Shown: in pieces, positions 56,925-64,000 of the stretch
Layout: each line of letters starts with the position of its first letter
Position numbering within the stretch: position 1 is the stretch's first letter
Source of the DNA: Patescibacteria group bacterium
Lineage (GTDB): Bacteria; Patescibacteriota; Minisyncoccia; Phycocordibacterales; Phycocordibacteraceae
Reading direction: 5' to 3'
Length of the DNA stretch: 64,000 nucleotides
Assembly: GCA_013815345.1 (NCBI GenBank)
Contig: JACDGK010000002.1
Span: 99,399-163,398 of the forward strand
Program-made: the position numbers and the translations under genes
The notes under the pieces: model-generated
Told to the model about the DNA's origin: nothing
What the model saw: only the letters and a program-made list of their open reading frames with translations
The model's database searches: none

Positions 56925-58448
56925 CTAAAAACCTGGAAAGTATTCAGCTTTTATGGAAGAGCCCGAAATTCCCATTTTACGAAGAAGATGGGTGTAGTCG
57001 CGAACGAGCACATCAGGGCCGGCGAGGTACCATTGTCGTACTTCAAAATCAGCAATCTCCTTTTGGAGAAAAACATTCGTCAAATATCCTGAGGAACCGG
57101 ACCAATCACTTAATTCTGTAAAGCCGGTAGGAAGATATACTGTTCTCAACCCTATCCCCTCTTTTAGTGATTCGATCTCATCATAAAAGAAAAAATCCAG
57201 TGGAGTTGCAGCGGTATATATAAGCGTCATGTCGCGACGCTCTCCTTGCAACGCTAAATGCCGAAATATACTTATAAAAGGAGCAATACCGATACCCGCA
57301 GCGAGGTATGCAATCTTTTGATCATGATTGGGAGGAAGCGTGAGTTCCCCACTGGCACTCGTGACTGAAATAGTTGCCTCCTTACCAAGATTTCGTAAAG
57401 CATCTTTAAAGGTACTGCTCTCTATAGGCAGAGTAGTAGTAAGACGAACAAAAGGATCAGTGGGAGCAGAAGAAATACTGAAGGAACGACGAATACCTCG
57501 CGTGTCTCTCTTTGGGTGCGCTAGCGTTATATCTACATGCTGTCCTGCACGAAATCGAAAAGAAGTATCGGAAATAAAGAAGAATTCATAGGCTCCGCGT
57601 CCGAAAGATTGTAATGAGGAAAACCGAAGGGCATACCGCCTCCGACGGGTTACAAGAAACGAGTACACATTTCCAATAAGAAGCGCGAGTTCCGGCGACG
57701 AGGATATTGTTCCAAACGTAGTAGCAAAAGTAAAAGAGAGCGGAAAAAGCAATCCAGCCAGTCCCCCGTATGCCAAACGATTGCCTCGAGTCGAAGGCAT
57801 AGTCTGTGGTTCAGTGAGCATGAGCGAGCCGACAAAAATGATTGGTGTAGTGAAAAAAAATTCTATGAGTGCGGTTCCCGGTGCCGCGTTCATAAAAAAA
57901 CTTTTCAACAAAACGACACCCATTGCCGCAAGTAAAAATAAGATACACACGCTAGCGAGTCGCATTTTTCGCACTACGAGAAATCCGAGAAGTATCACAA
58001 GCGGAAGAAGAAGCGGTGTCGCTACCCACCACACCACCACACCGCTTGCAAAAATGCTTAGAGCAAACACAGCAAAAGCGGCGGGGTTAAAAATAAGCAC
58101 TTTGAAAGGTGCCAGTACATACTTCGAGATCATGGCGATGGCTACGGCGAGCATAAGAATCAAAGCATCCCCTGCGCTCTGAAGTGGTGCCAAAATAAAG
58201 AAAAGAATCAACGCGGTGATATACGCCGATTCAGGGGTCGGGGTCGCTTTCGCGAAAAGAGCACACGCACCGTTTGAAGCGCGTGCCGCAAAAAGTAAAA
58301 TAAACACCGAGAGAGAAAGATCAAGTGCGGTGTACGGAAGCCAACCTAAGAAGGCAAAAATGATAGTGCTCGCGACCAGCCAGCCAAGACCATACAGGAC
58401 TAGCCGATACACGGTAATGCGGTTGAGAAATGAATCGATAAAATCCAT
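56925..58448 (-). CDS. membrane-anchored FAD/NAD(P)-binding oxidoreductase (polytopic N-terminal domain fused to ferredoxin-NADP reductase-like module)
   Basis: About 250-aa N-terminal domain with 7-8 hydrophobic helices and few His; C-terminus RAGQHVDITLAH...RRSFSISSAP (RxYS FAD motif)...AYLAAGIGIAPFISI (NAD-binding GxGxxP). Confidence 0.6.
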   Translation of the reverse strand: MDFIDSFLNRITVYRLVLYGLGWLVASTIIFAFLGWLPYTALDLSLSVFILLFAARASNGACALFAKATPTPESAYITALILFFILAPLQSAGDALILMLAVAIAMISKYVLAPFKVLIFNPAAFAVFALSIFASGVVVWWVATPLLLPLVILLGFLVVRKMRLASVCILFLLAAMGVVLLKSFFMNAAPGTALIEFFFTTPIIFVGSLMLTEPQTMPSTRGNRLAYGGLAGLLFPLSFTFATTFGTISSSPELALLIGNVYSFLVTRRRRYALRFSSLQSFGRGAYEFFFISDTSFRFRAGQHVDITLAHPKRDTRGIRRSFSISSAPTDPFVRLTTTLPIESSTFKDALRNLGKEATISVTSASGELTLPPNHDQKIAYLAAGIGIAPFISIFRHLALQGERRDMTLIYTAATPLDFFFYDEIESLKEGIGLRTVYLPTGFTELSDWSGSSGYLTNVFLQKEIADFEVRQWYLAGPDVLVRDYTHLLRKMGISGSSIKAEYFPGF

Positions 58449-58453
58449 CGGCT

Positions 58454-58951
58454 CTATTTAGTGACAAACGTAATAGTCGTAGTGAGAACAAACGTAGGAC
58501 AAGCGGCGCCAGGAGTGCAGATGGGAGAGCCTGTGGCACGAAGTGTTGTCGTACCGATTTTATTAGCTTCATAAATTCCCTGTATGCCGTTTGCAGTCGT
58601 TGTGTTAGGCACGCGAGTTATACCGTCTACGGGGTCAAATGAAAATTTCCAATTCACATCTGTCCCGAGCTGTATGACAAATCGCTCGTTTTTGAATAGA
58701 GATACAATGGAATGGTCATTCTTTTGCGTTATGACCGTCATGCCGTGCTCCCATGATAGATCAGGAGTAGTTGGCGGTGATTGCGTGGAGGTGGCGGTAG
58801 TGACGGTCGACGTCGATGTACCTACCGGAGAAGTGTCTCCACTTCGAGGATGAGCGAGTCCATACCGGAGGGCAATATATGCAGCAACGCCGATCAACAC
58901 AAGAGAAATAATCTTAATAAAGAGGCGGAGCGTGCCGTGATGACGGTGCAT
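58454..58951 (-). CDS. signal-anchored secreted hypothetical protein (165 aa)
   Basis: N-terminal TM, Thr/Ser-rich linker, beta-rich C-terminal domain; no motif recognised. Confidence 0.45.
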   Translation of the reverse strand: MHRHHGTLRLFIKIISLVLIGVAAYIALRYGLAHPRSGDTSPVGTSTSTVTTATSTQSPPTTPDLSWEHGMTVITQKNDHSIVSLFKNERFVIQLGTDVNWKFSFDPVDGITRVPNTTTANGIQGIYEANKIGTTTLRATGSPICTPGAACPTFVLTTTITFVTK

Positions 58952-58971
58952 GAATACAGTATACTACTATC

Positions 58972-59181
58972 ATGGAACCCGAACTTTCTGCTCGACTTGC
59001 CGCCCTTGAGGATAAAGTGCAGAAAATACTTGTGTCGGTTGAAAAGACGCGAAAATATTTTTTGTGGACACTTATTATTTCAGTTGCCCTTGTCGTGCTG
59101 CCGGCTGTCGGTCTTGCCTTTGCTATTCCTGCCTTTCTTACTAACTACGTCGGCAGTATACAAAACATTTCAGGGGTATAG
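58972..59181 (+). CDS. small hypothetical membrane protein (69 aa)
   Basis: N-terminal helix then one long hydrophobic segment; weak evidence. Confidence 0.3.
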   Translation: MEPELSARLAALEDKVQKILVSVEKTRKYFLWTLIISVALVVLPAVGLAFAIPAFLTNYVGSIQNISGV

Positions 59182-59264
59182 AGAACTCCTTTCACTATTT
59201 AGCGACCGGTCATGCGGGCCAGCTGAATAAGAATACCCATATACCACGGAGCAATGTACCGCAC

Positions 59265-60044
59265 TTGAAGAAAGATGCTGGTAGGTGCGCATTACGATAT
59301 AGTGCACCTATGAAGAAAGAAATTCCGGTGAAATCAAAACCCACCTACCCTATGCGCATCAATCAATACTTAGCGATGCATAACCACTCCACGAGGCGAG
59401 GAGGGGATGAGCTCGTTACGAAACACAAAGTATGGATAAACGGCAGAATAGCAGTGCTAGGTGACAAGGTTGCGGCAACGGACAAAGTCGAAGTGAGAAA
59501 TCACACAGCGAAAACATACGTCTACTATGCGTACAACAAAGCAAGAGGTACCGTGTCGCACTCTGCCGAGAAAGGTGCTCACGATATTGGGGATCGTATT
59601 GAGCTGGAGCTTGGCCTTACCGGCGTCTTCCCTATCGGGCGACTCGACAAAGATTCGCATGGACTCATCATCCTCACCAATGACGGTCGTATTACTGATC
59701 GATTGCTAAACCCCGATCGAGAGCACGACAAGGAATATGTCGTGAAGACTCGCGAAAAGGTTCGCGCGAGTTTTAAAAAGAACATGGAGGCGGGAGTGGA
59801 CATTGAGGGATATCTTACTAAACCATGTACGATAAAAATCATCGACGATCACACGTTCTCGATTATATTGAGCGAAGGCAAAAAGCACCAAATACGACGA
59901 ATGGTCGTGGCACTTCATAATGAAGTGGTTGATTTGAAACGTACTCGGGTTCTTACTATAGAGCTCGATGAAATAAAACCAGGCAAGCATCGCGAAATAA
60001 AAGGCGCTGAGCTTGAGACATTTCTCAAAAAGCTCGGACTTTAG
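59265..60044 (+). CDS. pseudouridine synthase, RsuA/RluB family (S4 + PseudoU_synth_2)
   Basis: S4 domain (RINQYLAMHNHSTRRGGDELVTKHKVWINGR) and catalytic GRLDKDSHGLIILTNDG (Asp). Confidence 0.85.
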   Translation: MKKDAGRCALRYSAPMKKEIPVKSKPTYPMRINQYLAMHNHSTRRGGDELVTKHKVWINGRIAVLGDKVAATDKVEVRNHTAKTYVYYAYNKARGTVSHSAEKGAHDIGDRIELELGLTGVFPIGRLDKDSHGLIILTNDGRITDRLLNPDREHDKEYVVKTREKVRASFKKNMEAGVDIEGYLTKPCTIKIIDDHTFSIILSEGKKHQIRRMVVALHNEVVDLKRTRVLTIELDEIKPGKHREIKGAELETFLKKLGL

Positions 60045-60146
60045 CTCACCTCTTTATTTCATTCTCCTCTTCACCCTTCCTTCACTTTCTTTATGTATAT
60101 TGACCATAGATTTACTAAATTGTCTCCAAATATATAATCGAAGATT

Positions 60147-60479
60147 ATGAAAAAAATATTACTATCCGCCGTGCTTGTTCTGAGCCTCCCTGCCTCAGCG
60201 TTTGCTGCAACCTACGACTATGTAAATACTAGCGGAGCGCTTCAGTCCGTAGTCGCTTCTACTCCTGAACAAGCATTGATTACTGCTCCCAATATCGCTT
60301 TGCATAGTGGGGTTATTCTCGATACGGGCACTGTTGTAGTCGCCCCAACCGGTACCATGTCTCTCTATGAGTATGTTGCTATTGATGGCAATCTCAGCAC
60401 CGTTCAGGCCAACAGTCCTACACAAGCATTCGCCCTCGCCACAAATATCGCTCTACATAGCGGCGTAATGGCTCTTTAG
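60147..60479 (+). CDS. small secreted protein with internal about 45-aa tandem duplication
   Basis: Signal peptide MKKILLSAVLVLSLPASAFA; repeat 1 YDYVNTSGALQSVVASTPEQALITAPNIALHSGVI; repeat 2 YEYVAIDGNLSTVQANSPTQAFALATNIALHSGVM. Confidence 0.55.
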   Translation: MKKILLSAVLVLSLPASAFAATYDYVNTSGALQSVVASTPEQALITAPNIALHSGVILDTGTVVVAPTGTMSLYEYVAIDGNLSTVQANSPTQAFALATNIALHSGVMAL

Positions 60480-60739
60480 TTAATAAGCCCTAAGGCCATC
60501 GTTAAAGATGGAAATAGAAAACGGGAAAGACTCCCGCGAGCACCGCAACAATTTGGATTGCGATGATACAGAGCGCTTGCGTTCGTTTCAGTGACAACCA
60601 CCGAATAGCAAACACTCCGATCATCAGTGCTTCTAAAACTAAGCTGTATTTAAAAACGAACCCCCTGATCCAATGCCGACAAAGTGGCAAAGGTTCAGAG
60701 GTACAAAGACTGAAACGCCAAGAGTCTAATTGGCTAGAA

Positions 60740-61161
60740 TCAACGGGAAACGACCTGATAGTCGGCGTCCCACTCGAACGGGTTCGCAACGGAGCTCGCC
60801 CCCACGTCCCAGCGTGGCTGGAGTCCCAGCCGGCGTCCACCGCCCAGAGCACTTCGTTCTGGTCGCGGATATAGGCGATGTTCGCATAGCCGTTGACGAG
60901 CAGAGGTCCGGACTGGCCATTGCCCTGCTGCTTCAATTGCTCCCAGAATTGGCCGACGGTCGTTTCTGTCGTCATTTCGCCGGTTTCGGTCATGATAGGG
61001 CCGTCGACCGATGCCTTCTTCAGCTTGGAGATCTTCAGGGTTTCGGCGCGGGTGGCGTCCTCGATCTTGCCGAGGAAATTGCTCTTGAAGTTGACGCCGA
61101 TCCCATAGATCTTCACGCCGTCGGTGGTCTTTCCTTCATAGAATCTGAATACGACTCTCAA
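60740..61161 (-). pseudogene. high-GC ORF of unknown function (about 140 aa) with TTG start and apparent frameshift at a G5 run
   Basis: Strong GC3 bias on the minus strand from 61140 to 60745. Reading frame changes at CTGGGACGTGGGGGCGAG: before it ...VNGYANIAYIRDQNEVLWAVDAGWDSSHAGTWG, after it (other frame) ASSVANPFEWDADYQVVSR*. Length 61161-60740+1=422 is not a multiple of 3. Confidence 0.45.
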
Positions 61162-61210
61162 CTAATATGCCTTTTGAGACTAGTTATCGACGCGCCTTGA
61201 GCGCGATAAC

Positions 61211-61966
61211 CTAGCACACGTTGGCTGGGGGAGAAGGAGTCGGACCTTCATATACACCTTCAAAGGGTGCTGTCCTACCGTTAGACGATCCCCCATTATT
61301 TACGGAAATTCCGTGAATCCACCCATGAACCTTGCGATTCAGAGAAGTGCTATTCTTCACTTTAATCCGTACTAGGCCATGATACAAGTCTCCTACTGCA
61401 TGTCTATTCGTATGCCGTTTTCCTTTCTTAAAATAAATACTCGTAATCTCCTCGACGCGCAACGTACTTTCCCACCATTTTTTGAAAAACTTGGTCTCAC
61501 GTCTTCTGTCCTGATGTATATATAACTCAAACTTTAATTCGTCTTTTCGTATATTCATTAATGTTAGCCATCGTAAAAAGATTTTCAGCATGGTTGGATC
61601 TGAATTACTGAAGACAATGCCAGTGCTCGGACTATGTTCATGCTGCTTAGAGCCTTCTCCCCAATACAGTGATATCCCCACTAACCAAAGCTCCCTATTA
61701 GAAAGAAGACCAGTTTCTTTTAACCCATTCATGTTTGCAGTGTTGACACTGGCCAGCCGAGCAGTCCGTCTTGCTAGTGCACCTTTCAAGCGAGCCTCCC
61801 GACTCTTTTGGGTTATACGTTGCTTCTGGTTTTTAGCTAACCCAATATTTTGAAGCCAAAGCGAAAGTGTCGACTTTGCTACAGGAACTTCGTCAAGAAT
61901 TTCTCTATATGTTTTACCCTCCTTTCGCAGTAATATTGCCCTCTATTTTTCGACCTCCCTTTTCAT
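61211..61966 (-). pseudogene. LAGLIDADG-like homing endonuclease with N-terminal HTH, interrupted by in-frame TAG at codon 8
   Basis: Own translation: ATG(61966) MKREVEK TAG then in frame RAILLRKEGKTYREILDEVPVAKSTLSLWLQNIGLAKNQKQRITQKSREARL-KGALARR...LWLVGISLYWGEGSKQ (LAGLIDADG-like L.G...GEGS)...; track ORF 61211..61789 starts at an internal TTG. Confidence 0.5.
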
Positions 61967-62030
61967 TCAGTAAATATGGAATTCCAGAGATAAAATTCCT
62001 ATAAGTTATTTCTAAAGTAGGTATGAAGTT

Positions 62031-63104
62031 TTAATCTTGCCCGAGAAGCTCAAAGACAGCAAGCTCTAGCGGAAGCGCTGGCTCGGGTGAAAAGCGCATG
62101 CGCTCTGCGGCGTCGAGAAATACTTTTAATGTTTGGTGCGTTAGTTTTGAATCTTTCGTTTGCGCAAGCTTCTCCACTTCTGCATACGCGTCAGCTCCTA
62201 ACTCCTCAGCAATTTCTTTACGGAGCTCGGGTGCGTATCGCACAAGGAGCACGGTTCGTATCTGCTCAAGAACGAGAGAGAGATACAATGCCAAATCTAC
62301 ACTTTCGCTGCGCGTTTTTCGAATCGTACTTAACGCCATGTCTGCGTTTCCTTCCCCGAGAGCTGCGACGAGTGTTTGAATGAGTTCGTGCTTCGGCGCT
62401 CCGGTTGCACGCTCTGCTTCGGCTCGTGTAACTTTTTTATCAGAAACTGAACTCAGCACTTTCTCAAGCGTTGAAAGCGCGTCACGATAGGAACTATCCC
62501 CAAGAAGCGCAATGAGGTCGGCAGCTGAAGGTTCTATAATATACCCTTCCTTTCTTGCGACTTCACCCACGAGCTTTGCGAGCACTGCGCGAGATGGTTT
62601 CTTAAATTCATATACCTGGCAGCGGGACTGTACCGTTTCTGGAACTTTTGAGAGCTCGGTAGTGGCAAGAATGAATAATGCATGTGCCGGTGGCTCCTCT
62701 AAGGTTTTGAGAAAAGCATTCCATGCCCCCTTCGAAAGCATGTGGGCTTCGTCGAGTATATAGACCTTGTAGGGTGACTCGAAAGGCAGTGTGTAGACGT
62801 TTTCCGTAAGGGCACGAATGTCGTCGACGCTATTGTTCGACGCTGCATCTATTTCATACAGATCGCGAGAGGTGCACCCAAGTTCTTGCGCAAATATACG
62901 TGCAATGGATGTTTTACCAAGACCACGCGAGCCTGCGAAAAGATACGCATGCCCGACTTTTTTGGAAGCGATTTGATCTGCAAGCGTAGAGGTTATCTGC
63001 TCCTGTCCTATCACTTCCTTGAAGGTAGCAGGACGATAGGTGCGATAGAGAGATTGGTGGTTGCTCGGAGATGAACCACGAGATGCTTCGGAAGACGACG
63101 CCAT
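62031..63104 (-). CDS. dnaX: DNA polymerase III subunit gamma/tau, short form (AAA+ clamp-loader core only)
   Basis: LYRTYRPATFKEVIGQEQI...GHAYLFAGSRGLGKTSIARIFAQELGC (Walker A), ILDEAHML (Walker B), sensor-1/SRC; 357 aa with no tau-specific C-terminus. Confidence 0.8.
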   Translation of the reverse strand: MASSSEASRGSSPSNHQSLYRTYRPATFKEVIGQEQITSTLADQIASKKVGHAYLFAGSRGLGKTSIARIFAQELGCTSRDLYEIDAASNNSVDDIRALTENVYTLPFESPYKVYILDEAHMLSKGAWNAFLKTLEEPPAHALFILATTELSKVPETVQSRCQVYEFKKPSRAVLAKLVGEVARKEGYIIEPSAADLIALLGDSSYRDALSTLEKVLSSVSDKKVTRAEAERATGAPKHELIQTLVAALGEGNADMALSTIRKTRSESVDLALYLSLVLEQIRTVLLVRYAPELRKEIAEELGADAYAEVEKLAQTKDSKLTHQTLKVFLDAAERMRFSPEPALPLELAVFELLGQD

Positions 63105-63132
63105 CTCCCTAGTATATAAGGAAATGGAGATA

Positions 63133-63957
63133 CTAGCTAAGAGCCTTCATCATTCTGGTCATGCCAATGCCGGCGCCAAAACGCGGGAAGAATGGCAGCA
63201 CGAGAAACTGCTCAAGCTCCGCTTCGACGCGCTCTTTGCCGAAGGTTCGGAAAAGAAGCTCGGCATATTCGCCGTTGCTAATACTATGGAATCTTTTTCG
63301 CATATCCTCAGGATCTGTGCTTCTTTCGGCAGAGCCTATTGTTTCGATACCGTCGATAATAACGTCAATCTTTGCGGCGCCTTTTGCGGTGCGATTCATA
63401 TTCCAAAATGGCGAGGTTTCTTCAGGAAAGTATTCCAGAAACACCACCCTTCCGAAATCTTTTAGCATCATTTTCTCGTGTTCATTTGTGAGTTCTGTTG
63501 TGTCATATTTCTTTGCAAGCTCAAGATATGAGTGATGCGTAAAGTCCTTTGCGGAACCGAGCCCGAGATACTCGCAGAGTTCTATTTCGAGATTGCGTAG
63601 ATCATCAATCGTTCCTGGCGCTTCGAACTCGAACATTGGAAAAATGAGATCGTGCCTTCCGGGAATTGGGTTTGGCTCATTGCGATAGCTGGTAGAGACA
63701 CAGAAGACTCCGGGAACGTTCGGCTGTGTGAGAAGTTCATATTCGAGCCACATTTGACCTGTTTGCGGAAGTGGCCAGGTATTGCCTTTGTACTCGTATG
63801 TAGCAACGGTGGTTGGGTCTTCACACGCAGCAAGAATGCTCAATCTATCTTGCGTATGGACTTCAATAAACCCTTTAGCAAGAAAAAACGCGCGGAGCGC
63901 GTTGATAGAAGTGCTGAATGCGGTTGGCTGGTGGCGGGGTTGGTATGCAGTATACAT
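63133..63957 (-). CDS. class II aminoacyl-tRNA synthetase catalytic-core paralog (EpmA/GenX- or AsnA-like), no anticodon-binding domain
   Basis: 274 aa; motif 1 region (INALRAFFLAKGFIEVHT), motif 2 (CVSTSYRNEPNPIPGRHDLIFPMFEFE), motif 3 (GAGIGMTRMMKAL). Confidence 0.6.
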   Translation of the reverse strand: MYTAYQPRHQPTAFSTSINALRAFFLAKGFIEVHTQDRLSILAACEDPTTVATYEYKGNTWPLPQTGQMWLEYELLTQPNVPGVFCVSTSYRNEPNPIPGRHDLIFPMFEFEAPGTIDDLRNLEIELCEYLGLGSAKDFTHHSYLELAKKYDTTELTNEHEKMMLKDFGRVVFLEYFPEETSPFWNMNRTAKGAAKIDVIIDGIETIGSAERSTDPEDMRKRFHSISNGEYAELLFRTFGKERVEAELEQFLVLPFFPRFGAGIGMTRMMKALS

Positions 63958-64000
63958 AAGGCTTATAGGTTAATGAATATAAAAAGAAAAACGCCTTCCG

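Noticed and set aside
60730-61200. 156-aa plus-strand ORF across the second high-GC region
   Set aside because: Arg/Pro-rich antisense artefact of high-GC sequence; GC3 bias supports the minus strand.
61181-61210. Imperfect inverted repeat TTATCGacGCGCcttgaGCGCGATAA between the LAGLIDADG-like gene and the high-GC ORF
   Set aside because: Short, bulged stem with no T-run on either strand. It could be a protein-binding palindrome or a chance palindrome; not enough to call a terminator or an element end.

Overview
This 64-kb window is a low-GC, gene-dense bacterial chromosomal segment, roughly 40-48% GC by eye. The gene set and architecture are compatible with a reduced-genome lineage such as Candidate Phyla Radiation / Patescibacteria, but lineage is inference only. 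About 70 of roughly 77 genes are on the minus strand.

Core content I can support from sequence:
- A tightly coupled pair of M16 peptidases, one active (HxxEH) and one degenerate.
- A DNA-repair set: family-4 UDG, a truncated Ogt/MGMT-like domain, a short uvrC, and uvrA and uvrB that bracket a two-component system.
- A lexA plus Y-family polymerase cassette with a perfect CGAACAATTGTTCG Cheo/SOS box.
- A Pif1-like helicase.
- A complete F1Fo ATP synthase operon (atpBEFHAGDC).
- pyrF/pyrE, two tRNA-Ala genes (GGC and TGC), leuS, mnmA, ychF, tgt, ddl, mltG, and dnaX.
- An ECF sigma / anti-sigma-like pair.
- Several rho-independent terminators and two near-consensus sigma-70 promoters.

Accessory or unusual content worth a second look:
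- An overlapping pair of PD-(D/E)xK nucleases, an ATP-cone-Mrr-like fusion plus a Cas4-like Fe-S nuclease; this is a candidate nucleotide-sensing defence module.
- A VirB4/TrbE-like ATPase in an apparent operon with a 1091-aa coiled-coil, His/Pro-rich membrane protein.
- Two small islands of about 60% GC. One is an intact lipoprotein gene with its own promoter and terminator. The other is a high-GC ORF next to a LAGLIDADG-like homing-endonuclease remnant interrupted by an in-frame TAG.
- Homopolymer-associated frameshifts in purC and in the second high-GC ORF, which may be assembly errors.
- A Tgt homolog that appears to lack the zinc-binding cysteines.

No CRISPR array or rRNA was seen.
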